A stretch of DNA of 64,000 bases, taken from contig CM074806.1 of the NCBI GenBank assembly GCA_037447605.1, forward strand, positions 3,968,001 through 4,032,000. The letters are read 5' to 3'. The notes under the pieces were generated by a model, which did not search any database, was not told where the DNA came from, and saw only the letters and a list, made by a program, of their open reading frames with translations. Numbering within the stretch: the first letter of the stretch is position 1; each line of letters begins with the position of its first letter. Origin of the DNA: Zygnema circumcarinatum SAG 698-1b (lineage: Eukaryota > Plantae > Zygnematophyceae). Position numbers and translations under genes: made by a program. This document shows, in pieces, positions 36,689-47,000 of the stretch.

Positions 36689-36759
36689 GTTGAAGTGGCG
36701 GATTGGTTACGCAACTGTTGCAAAACAGTAATAAAGGGGTTCAAATCCCCTCTTCAACT
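36689..36759 (+). tRNA. tRNA-Cys(GCA)-like cloverleaf with a 6-nt anticodon loop (pseudogene or tRNA-like RNA) in the mTERF 5'UTR intron
   Basis: Acceptor GTTGAAG/CTTCAAC (7/7 pairs), D-stem GCG/CGC with GG in the loop, anticodon stem ACTGT/ACAGT around TGCAAA, T-stem AGGGG/CCCCT with loop TTCAAAT, discriminator T (typical of tRNA-Cys). A-box TGGCGGATTGG and B-box GGTTCAAATCC present. Confidence 0.8.
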
Positions 36760-37179
36760 TGTAGTGTTTATTCACTTTTCTATTTTTATTTATTTAAACT
36801 TTTTTTGTTTTTGCTTCATATGCCAAATATTTGTTGTTATTTTTTTTTTAGTTGTTTTTATTCTATCTATCTTTTCTTTATTCTATATTTTATCCTATCT
36901 GCTGCTGCTGTTTCGGCTGTTGCTCTTGCTGCTGCTGCAGCATTCATTTTTTTTTGTTTTTGATGCTGAATTCCGCAATACGCATTTTGCCTCCCTTGCA
37001 CCTGCCCCAGCCTCCCTTGCCTTTGCCCTTTGCTGTGTTGCTTTGTTGGTTAGAATTAGGGTAAGGGTTAGGGTCAGAGTTGGGTCTAAGAGATTAGGGT
37101 TGAGTGCTGGAAGTCTTGTGCAGCAAGAAATGGGGAAGTGACTCTCTATCAGCGGCCGCATGCTTCAGAAGTCCGCGCC

Positions 37180-38373
37180 ATGGCGGCTTCCTTTCTTCCT
37201 TTTTTTCGCCGGACTATCTGGAACGGATCTCCGTTCCGCCTACCATGGTACCATCCATCCCTTGAACAACTCACTTGCACTCAGTCCCTTCAAGGGCGCC
37301 ATGGATACAGCAGCAGCAGCAGCAGCAGCAACAGCAAGGAGGGAAAAAAACTTGACAAAGCGAGTGCAGGCAGAGCCACCGTGGCTGAGGAAGAAGCTGC
37401 AGATTCGACGAGGGCTCTCCAAGAAGCAATAGACGCTCTCCTGAGCTTAGGATGCACGCAGCAGGATGTCCACCACATTGTTGATAAGAGGAAGAGTGTC
37501 CTTCTAAGGGGCTATAAGCATATCCTTCCTAAAGCAGCTTTCTTCCAGAGCCATGGGGTAAACTCCCACGACCTGTTCAACGCCTTAAAGCGCAGCCTCT
37601 CGCGCACCAACTTGCTCCTCGTTCCAGATGAGAAGCAGGAAGGCGTGATCGAGTTCCTTCGCAACACTATGAAGGTGGCGAACTTAGGGAAGGTGATAGG
37701 AAGAATGCCGGGAATTTTGACTTACCGTGTGCAGACTCTTGAGGCGAAGGTTCGTCTATGGAAGGAGTTAGGCGTCCCTGTCACAGGCGCTATGCTGGAG
37801 ACCTTCCCAAACATTCTCACCTACAGTCCTGAATCAATAAAGGAGGGAGTTGAGGCTGTGAGGTCGACCTTCCCCGAGGCAGGAGAGGATGTGCTCGTTC
37901 GTTCCCCTTCCATAGTTAGAAGAAAGGGCCATCACTTCAAGGATGGTGTGGCTGGATTGGAGGGGATTCTCGGGCCCGATAGAGCTCAGAAAGTGCTGCA
38001 GAGTAACCCACTCATATTATTAGTACCCCGGGACACAATGGATAACACGTACAGGCAGCTGAAGCAGTACTTCGGGGACCTTCCAGCCTTGAAAATTGTG
38101 AAAGTGCAGCCCATGCTGCTTGGCATGTCTTGGGATAATATTAAGTCCAAGATTGACTTCTTATTGACTGAGATGGGCCGTCGCAAGGAGGAGCTCCACA
38201 TCTACTCGTCCATATTGCAGCTCTCCCTTGAGAAGCGGCTGAAGCTGAGGTACAGGGCGCTGGTGGAGGCCGGAATTGATCACAAGAAGTTTTCGCTGTA
38301 TTCCTTGTTCAAATCTACGAACGCTGCTTTTATGGACAAGTTTAAAGTGCACTTGATATCGCAACAGATGTAA
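37180..38373 (+). CDS. mTERF family organellar protein, intronless CDS
   Basis: Repeated mTERF motifs (MPGILTYRVQTLEAKVRLW, FPNILTYSPESIKEGV, QPMLLGMSWDNIKSKIDFLLTEMG, SILQLSLEKRLKLRY). Organellar presequence-like N-terminus MAASFLPFFRRTIW. Confidence 0.92.
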   Translation: MAASFLPFFRRTIWNGSPFRLPWYHPSLEQLTCTQSLQGRHGYSSSSSSSNSKEGKKLDKASAGRATVAEEEAADSTRALQEAIDALLSLGCTQQDVHHIVDKRKSVLLRGYKHILPKAAFFQSHGVNSHDLFNALKRSLSRTNLLLVPDEKQEGVIEFLRNTMKVANLGKVIGRMPGILTYRVQTLEAKVRLWKELGVPVTGAMLETFPNILTYSPESIKEGVEAVRSTFPEAGEDVLVRSPSIVRRKGHHFKDGVAGLEGILGPDRAQKVLQSNPLILLVPRDTMDNTYRQLKQYFGDLPALKIVKVQPMLLGMSWDNIKSKIDFLLTEMGRRKEELHIYSSILQLSLEKRLKLRYRALVEAGIDHKKFSLYSLFKSTNAAFMDKFKVHLISQQM

Positions 38374-38899
38374 GTCGGAGCTGTGATTTGAACATGTGTT
38401 GAGAGAGTATTGTGAGCCCAAAGACTTCTGTTTTCTTTGTTTTTTTTTTTTTTTCATTTTGTTTTGGTATGTTTGGCAATGGCAATGCTATCAGTCGACC
38501 TCCCCAGGTGACCTTTCGTTCCAACAAAGGAAAATAATAAGAAAAAAAAAAAACATAAAGAAATGCGCATTTGACATTCGTGCTTGGGTATCCGTATTGG
38601 GTCAAATAGACGAAGAGGATCAAAGAGGTCGCAAAGTTGACCAACATCCCGCAATGCCGCAATGTCTGATGATTGTCCGAATGGCTCAGCATTGCTTGCG
38701 GAAGCAAAATGCGTTTTTAGGGTTTCAAAACCTTTATTTTCTAAAATCTGCCCTACAGGAAAAGGTGTGTGTATTAACAAAAAAAGGGTGTGAAAAAGTC
38801 ATTTTTTCTGGCTTTTAGCCCTATTTTTTCTAAATTAGAATCTGCCCGGCGAATAAAGTTATGTATCTAGACAAAAAGATGTAAATTTAGCACTACCTT

Positions 38900-39250
38900 T
38901 AGGGTAGTGCTTTCACACGAACACGTGGCATATGGTGATTGGCCCATCCAATGTACGGTATTTCGTCTTTCCTCGAAGCTGCGACCGAACAAATTATGTA
39001 CGAACCATTGAGCCGACTTGGGTTGGACACGTGAGCGCGTGCCATTGGCTGGGACCGAGGCCGGCTGCAGATCGAACGGTGATATGCCGTAGTGCAGATC
39101 TGCGATGGAATCGACGGCGGAGATTGAACGCACGTGTGAATGACGCACACCCCGAACGATCCCGTGGCGGACGGATCTTTCGCTCCGAGCAGATTGTGAC
39201 ATAAAATCTGCCAGCCGGAACGAGGTGTGTGTCGATTCCAAAGAGGTGTT
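38900..39250. promoter_or_regulatory. Promoter-like CpG-rich region with no adjacent annotated CDS
   Basis: CACGTG three times (~38923, ~39028, ~39131), GGCCCA, ATTGG/CCAAT-type boxes and CAGATC..GACGG-type motifs, like the other promoters in this window. Confidence 0.55.
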
Positions 39251-39461
39251 ATATTGTTGGAGAATGCTACTGCACCCCCTATTTTTGCTAGTCCACCCCC
39301 CTTTTTGAAAAAAATGCCTGCCCGTTCTGGTTATCCCACCCCCCTATTTTGGATATTTCACCCCCACCCTATTTCGGATATCCTACCCCCCAGTTTGGTG
39401 TTGGTGATCGTGTTGGACTTTCCCCTCTCCCTCCTCGCGATGTGCCTCACATCGGTGACCT

Positions 39462-39623
39462 TCGCGGCTGCTTCTAGGGGCTGCGTTGTTGTGCCTAGGC
39501 GTAGTTTTCCGCTCGTAGCTCGTTTTATTGTGTTTAGGTCCTTTGCGACCAGTCCTTCGTGGTTCCGCATTTTGCTTTTGTCCATGTACATTTGATGGCC
39601 TCGCCATCGTGAGTTCAATGACA
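39462..39623 (+). other. Conserved dispersed element, copy 3 (intergenic between mTERF and the EMC8 3' end)
   Basis: TCGCGGCTGCT, GCCTAGGCGTAG, CTTTGCGACCA, CGTGGTTCC, CCATGTACATTTGATGGC (from 39582) and TCGCCATCGTGAG occur in the same order as in copy 1. Confidence 0.85.
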
Positions 39624-40616
39624 TTTTCCCCCACCCAGTTTTGGATATCGGGAGGTAATCTTTTGCCATCCTCTCCCATCCCCTGCCCTGCCCTCCCCGG
39701 CCCTCCCCCCCCTCCAACCCCCACCCGGTTATGAAGAAACGAAGTCAACAACAACAACAACAACAAGCGCAGTTTAGCAATCAATCGGGACAAGAGCCAT
39801 TTTGAGTACGCTAAGGGGAACAAATGTTCCAATTGCAAGCAACCAAGCCACAACTTAAAAACTTGCCTTAATTAGGGGGTTTACAATCCTTACCTAAAAA
39901 CAAAGAGTAACAGTGCGGCTGCTTTTAGGGCTGATTTGCAGGATTGATGGTACAGTTTCGGATCCTAGAGTGTAGAATTTCCCCAATTTCCCTAAGCCCC
40001 AATGTGTAATTACATTCTTAGATTGTGGCAATAGCCTTCATTGCTTCGCTCACTCTTTCCCAATATATGACCAACTGACCACCACACAAGTTAACTTGAA
40101 CAATTGACAACATTGCCATTGCTCCATTCATGGCTATTCATTCCATTACTCATTATTCGAATCCCTCCCTACACATGAGCCCATCGATTTCCATTCTTGC
40201 AAAACAGCCCCTCGTATCCCCTGACATCGCATGCTGTTCTCGATATAACCATGAGGGCAAAAATGGTATACTGATTGGAAATTTATTGAGACAAGCCATA
40301 TGGCCCACAACCCCTTATCAAGCCCAACTTTGGAGAAACTTCCACCGCTGGCTAGGGGGTTCTTTCTAACCAATATAACAAAATCAGTGGAATGCTGCCC
40401 CACTTCAATTCTTGTTACAGGATGGATGGATGGATGGATGGATGAATTTCTTCACATCTGCAGGATACTGGTTCGAAGAAGGCTGCTGCAATACCAGCCA
40501 TGCCGGCTGAACCCTTCAACGTGCGCCTTCGAGGGACCCAAAAAAAAAAAGAATGGGCATAGCGAATGGGTTTTGGTTTCCTAATGGCTGAGGTGGCGGC
40601 GGGAAATTTGAGCCTT

Positions 40617-43144
40617 TTAATCAAATAAGTTGGGATTCAACCAATCTCTGTCCAAACAAGTCAACCGGAATAGAGAAGCAGTTAGCTGCTGTCAGTGACT
40701 CATACGGCATGATGCCTTATCATTGAAGAGGTCGGCTAGCAATTCTGCAGAGAGCAGCCTTTCATCACATTCTTCAGGACTGAACCGCTCTTCATTTTTG
40801 GTAGCAACAACAAACGTCCTTAAGAAAAAGATGTCGACTAGAGTCTAGGCCGCAGCATATAGTCTAGCTGGCCATGAGCAATACAAAAGGGAACAGGTGG
40901 AAAAGGGTACTCACTTTGAAATGTCATCCAAATGGTCTTCAAAATCAACAACCCTTCGATACCTCTCCTCTGCCACATAGTCAATTAAGAGCTCCGGCGC
41001 AGTGGGGTCGCTTAGTGTCAACTCCGCCGAACTGCTCCCCCCAGAGTTCTTTGCTTGCCTCCATACTTTACTTGAATCGTAAATGTACAACTGCATCAAA
41101 CTCCCAAACTTGGAAAAGTTGTGAACGGTAGAAGGACCTCAGAAGCTGAATCTTGAAGGCTAACCCAACAACAATCTTCAGTGAACTCACTTTACTGAAA
41201 GAGCTCTAGCCCTACCCCCTAAGAGCAGAGCGAAAAATAATCATGTGTTCAGAACTCAGAAAGTGGAGCTATATTCAACTACCTGCAGAGCTGGTTGGCT
41301 AACTTTACTCTCCACCGCCTCTGTCAGCAGTTCACTGTCCACCTGGCACCACACAGTTAGCACACGGTATTAGACCTAATATGATGCAATACAGAGAAAG
41401 GGCGTGCATGGGAAATAAGGTAATTAACTACAGATGAGAAAGAGCATGCCTTTGGCAAAGAAGGCTGGGTGATTAAACGCAGACAACAAAGGTTGAATTG
41501 TAGTGATGGTTGCGTGCGTATGCTTCCTACACCTAAAGAACTGATATAAAAGACATTCCGACATCTCGCACGGGCCAGTTGCACTATAAACATGAGGCAG
41601 AATCCATACCAGAAGCACACACGCCTGTGGACAATACTTCGCCACATGGTCGCCTATCCTCCGTGGGACCGGCCCAAGTTCACGATCACTATAAAGTTCA
41701 TTTGCATAGTAATAGCCCACTATCGAAAGGTTCTTCTGCTGCAGAAGGCAGTACTCCTCCACCTGAATTAAATGTCAGCACAGCATCAGACCAAGGCGGG
41801 GTTATTTAGATGACGAGAATACACGTAATTGCAGCCAAAAAGGTGCAACCTCACTAGAGGAGTACATCCCATTGAGATCAGATATCCTGACACTAACAGG
41901 ATGCATTAAATAATCTGCAATGGAACCATATCTGTTCCGAGTCCCGGTAGAACACGACTTAGGAACCAAATCTGAGTACCAACAACGTCGAGGAAGAACC
42001 TTCTTCCTTTCAACAACATATATAAAGTGCTGCGTTTTTTTTCATCGACAAAAGCTATGCTTTGCGTAAAAACAGCAGTAAACTATTTGTTTGTGATGGA
42101 AGAGATTTATCACAAATAACCTAGCCTTACTGCGTGCGACGCCTTATGTGTTTCTCAACATAAAGTCCTAGCGCAGAGGTATCTGCATGCGATCTTTAAC
42201 TGCCTTCCCCATTGCCCATGCTACCCGTCCAAAGCCTTCTTACATTTAAAAACCCAAAGGGCTGTCGCTTACATAAACCATAGGAACATACTGCGGAGAG
42301 CTGATTTCAGTGAAATGATTAATTAGACTTGAAACTGCCAGTTGCTTCGCCTGACCTAAACAATCATAAACCAGGTTTATCCCTTGCATTGAAAGCATGT
42401 CCTGAAACTGGCTATGGGTATGTTTTGAAATTGAAGAAAGGGTTTGCGCGTTTGCACAATGTAAACAACGTACTATATCCTTCCAGTAATGTGAATGCCC
42501 TATGGGAAACATTTACTCCTTATTCCTAATGAGGTGAGACAGGTCAGCCATTCATCCCACCTTGCTTCTAAATACATCAGTACGAAATATCTGCGAGCAT
42601 ATTCTTTTGTGTGAATAGTCAAGAAGATAGGTGTAGGGCTAACAGTACTACTCCTTAAGCTGTATCTGCTAGCAATAGCTTGTACTTCGTGGCAGACAAA
42701 GGAATTCTCACAATAGACTATGCGATAGGAAGAGATTGATGAATTAGTTGGCATTTTAATTTAATTTTAAAGAGGACGGACAGATTTGCTTCCTCCAAAT
42801 GCAGTTGGAGAATCTGATTAGGGCTGGAGCTGACGTTGAGGCCACAATTAACGCCTCAAATCATTGTGAAATAAATTCACAACTCAAGATAGGCTGATTC
42901 ACACCTGGAAAACTCTCTAACGTACCTGCAAGAGTGCCATCTCGAGCATCGGTGCGAGCACAGTCCTGGAATGAAAAAGCGGAACGGAATCTTCCACTAC
43001 AACGGAGGCCGGAGTGCTCTCACTGCCGGCAGAAGCGGATCCCAAAAGGACTCCATGGATGGGAACTGAGGGGTGCTTGAGGGAGTGCAGCAGCAACTTC
43101 ACGTAGGCGCGTTGATGGAGCTCATACACGGCCTTGCCCGCCAT
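40617..43144 (-). CDS. EMC8: ER membrane protein complex subunit 8/9 (UPF0172), multi-exon
   Basis: AYVKLLLHSLKHP..HGVLLG, DSVPLFHS..LAPMLEMALLQ, IVGYYYANE, VVDFEDHLDDISK, DWLNPNLFD*. Confidence 0.95.
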
Positions 43145-44027
43145 GAGGGCTCCCGAGACCTCTCCCGCACTGCTGCTGTAGGCGCGAGGGATGCGATCAG
43201 GAGAGAGGAGGGCCCTCACGGCTCGCCTCCTGCCTCGCCGAAGAAGACGAGGAAGATGAAGAAGAAGAAGAAGAAGAAGATGAAGCGGAGGAAGAAGCAG
43301 CTTGTCCTTTGCTTCTCTTCCTTTTTGACGGAAGACTTTGGTGGGGAAGGAGAGGGGCAGACGCACACGAGTGATGAACCTTGGGACAATGTGTTGTTGG
43401 ACATGAGATAGCACATAGACATACACTTACAAGAGAGGGTAAACTATGTTGTGAGGAAAGCATCATGTTTGTGGGTATGTTGCTGTTGCTGATGATCTCA
43501 GGTTTGTTCTTAATTGTCGAGTTGTGTTTATTTGCAGCAATGGCTTGATATGTTAATAGTATGTTTAGTGAATGGGCTAAGAGAATTTCTTCAATGGAAA
43601 ATTGAGATATACTCCATTGTGGCTTATAAAAGCGGAAACACATGCTCGAATGCAGAGCAAATATTCAATTCAGGCTCAAACTGGCCCAAGCCAAGGCATC
43701 AGATTTAGGTTTATTTGACTGCATGAATGACTCAAAACTAATGCACAAGCTTTCCTTCTCCATAATCACGAGAGCAAGATCAAACAAACTTGCCGAGAGA
43801 TTTGACAGGGGAAATCTGCGAAGCCCAATTGAATGCCCTCCCATGGATTCCGCAGTTGCAAGGGTATAGCATGGAGGGATGTGGGGTAGCATTAAAGAGG
43901 CACGGGCACATCACGGCATTGTAGAAAAACGACGCTTTTAGCGAACACGACTATCAACAAACCAATTCTTGGACACTGCTCAATGCTGAGAAAAGAAACC
44001 TTTAGTATGGCTGCCTGACAAAGTGGC

Positions 44028-47000
44028 TCAATTGGGTGTTTGGGCAGTTGAAAATGTTGGGCCGCACGTTCCCAGAAGGGCATCATAGAGAGCATCGGGC
44101 GTGAGCAGGGTGGTCCCTCCCAGCAAGATCTCTGCATCAGCTCCTCCTGCCACTGCAGCTTGAGCCTCCTTCACATCTTTGATCTGCGAAAGCAAAAGAA
44201 AGTCATGGCACATTGACTCAGTTTCACCTGCACATTCTGGAGGGAACAATTGAAAAAACTTATGGAATGGACTATCATACAGCTCATGCAGAAAAGCTTT
44301 GCAATGCGCCATGGAACCATGCAATACGTAATTCTTAATTGCACGTGGATATCAGAAGCATCCATTGGTCCCATTAAGATCCAAACAAAGACGAGTGAGC
44401 TATACACCACTTCTATCTCCTGAACCCCTCCAAACCAACTCTGATAATTGCGAAGGTTGATGGTGGGAAAATCGCTCACCTCCACAGGGGCGATGCCTCC
44501 AACTACAAAAAATATGATCACACGATTATCCGCAGGCCGCACTTTCGACTGCAAAGCTCCAACAAAGAATGCCACTAGTACCTCAGACAAATTGATGCAT
44601 GAAAAGATGGATGATGTGATGTTTTTCTCCGAGGAGAAAATCGAAATAAGTTGGACTCTCACCTCTAAGAATCCGCATTTGTTCAAGCAGCCAGTCCCAT
44701 TAAGCAGCACTTTTGCGAGCCCTCTTATTTCTCAACCAGCAAACAAGCTTACACAAGTACCTTATATGATCAAGAGAAAACGGATGAGTGATACCACACA
44801 AGAAGCTTAGAGTTTCTCTCGATCTCGCAGTCGTGCAGTGCGCACTACAGTCCCGCAGTCTACATATACTATGGTCCAGAGTTGTGCGTGGGAGCGATGC
44901 AATCATTAGACAGCATAGGTCAACCCATACCCATTGCCTCACTTTCAATACTAAAGAAAGAAAATAGTAAATGTATGACATAGCTAAACGAGTACGATGC
45001 TTCAGATTCTCACCTGACTTAGCCCCAACCTCCCAAGACCTGTCTTGATGAAGCCGCCCACTCCGGACACAACATGTTCCAAACCAGGAACTTCTGCACG
45101 ACTTAGTAACCGGGCAACCAATTGTTTCAATAGGGGACGATAGCTCCCCCGACTTTCTCTTTCGCCCAATTCCTCAGGCACACCTCCCATCGACCGTAAT
45201 GCTAAGCCTGACCGTGCTGAAGCAAGACTGTGTAATCTTCCGAAAACATCGTTTAGGCGATCTCGAACTTCTAGTCGAATTGCAGTTATGGAGTATTCTT
45301 TCTCCTCCTCTTCGACATCTTCCCAACCGTCCCCTCGTTTTCTCTCACCTTCAACATCCTCTAAAGCAACTTCCTCTGCCTCTTCATACTGTGAGCCCTG
45401 GTTGACACTGCCATTCTCTGTCTCATCCACTCCCCATCCATCTCCATCCTCCCACTCCTCTCCTGGCCATCCTTCCCCTTCTCCATTGACCCTTGCCTCT
45501 ATCTCCTTACCTTGCTCATGCCCAACACCTTCCAGATTATCCAACTTTCCAGATTTCTCTACTTTCCCCCTCACATCCTTCATCTTGCTCGAGACACCGT
45601 CTCGAACACCATCCCAAACACTTTGCAACGACAACTCCAAGCCCTCTAAGAATCCTAAGTCATGAGTTAACGGATTTGATAAAATAGCCTCCAAAATTTC
45701 ATCTTTCAGAGTATACTCTTCTGGCAAGAAGGGTTCCTCAGTCAACCCCGAATATCTGTCTTGTCTTTCACCAGCTAAAGCATATCCTAACACAGACAGA
45801 AGAAGAATCTGCCTCAGGGTCACTGCGAACGCTTTCCTCTGCTGCATACCCCCATCTTTAACCTGAGCAACTAGATCCATTAAGGTAAGTCCAGGAGATT
45901 GTCCCACTTCTCCTGCACTTGAAAGAAATATCTTTTCTATGCTTGCAAGAGCCTCTGCAGCCTGTCCCTCCGGCGAGTCCAAAATTTTCGCCATTACACA
46001 TGCCAGTTGGACCAGCCCCACATGCTGGAAAGCGGAACGCGAGCTGCTAGTTAACGATTGAACCAACCCCATTATTTCTGAGCTTGTCACACTGCCAAGT
46101 CTTGGCCTTGATGGGGCCTTCCCTTCCCTCACAAGAGCCTCCCGCAGCATCTTCCGCAGCAACTGTGCGCTTTCCCTCACTCGCATCCCCATTAAGTTTT
46201 CCAGCTGAGTCAAAGTGTTCTGATCAGTCGGATGGAATAGAGATCCGCCCATCAAAGACATGTGCCCATCACTAGTAGCTTCAGAATCTCTGTTTACTGC
46301 ATTCCACTCAGCCAACTTCAATGGTTGCAAGGGAAACCCTCCAGGCACTTCCACTCTCGGATCAACCGGCTGCCTCTGTATGGTATGCAGACGTAGCGAC
46401 CCTGGCAAATGGGGAGGCTTTAATGGCTGACTGTGAGGGAGGCAGCTCAAAGCTCGATCAAAGTAAGTATCGTGGTGGCATGCGGGGGTAAGAAGGTCGA
46501 GGGAGCGGTCGATCACTACAAGCGAAGCATTGCATCGGACAGGGCCGGAGGTTTCATTCGGGTGGAGATTCACTATGAGACGGGCGGTAGCTCGGGCAGT
46601 TGGACCTAGACCAAAGACTTCAAGTTTAAGCCCAAGCTGCACCCAATGAAGCATACAAATTGTTGTGAGGAGCATCGTGAAGAAAGGAGGATGCGGACCA
46701 GTCTTTCACTACCACACCATTCCTACACTCTGTATTCTTCTAGACAACGACGGCATTCATTCGTAGAGCCATCATTCATGAATCGAAACTACTGTACAAG
46801 CTATGTTACGTTGTGCTATGTTTAACTCGGAAAACTAATTTGAAAAAAGAACTGTGAACTGAAAACTTACCACTGCAGCCATATCAACTAGCCAATGAGC
46901 GGTCAGCATCAAGCCAGCTGGCAACTTCTCAGAGGCCATGTCAAGGATCGAGCCTGCAGCTGACGCACACGATGGAAGAGCGGGCCCCAATGAACCACCA

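Noticed and set aside
35715-36731. Long ORFs (338, 317, 257 aa) of poly-Leu/Cys/Ala
   Set aside because: Stop-free artefacts of the trinucleotide repeat inside a GT-AG intron.
39445-39454. CCTCACATCG resembling the plant snRNA upstream sequence element (TCCCACATCG)
   Set aside because: No TATA at the expected distance and no equivalent motif at the same offset in copies 1 and 2.
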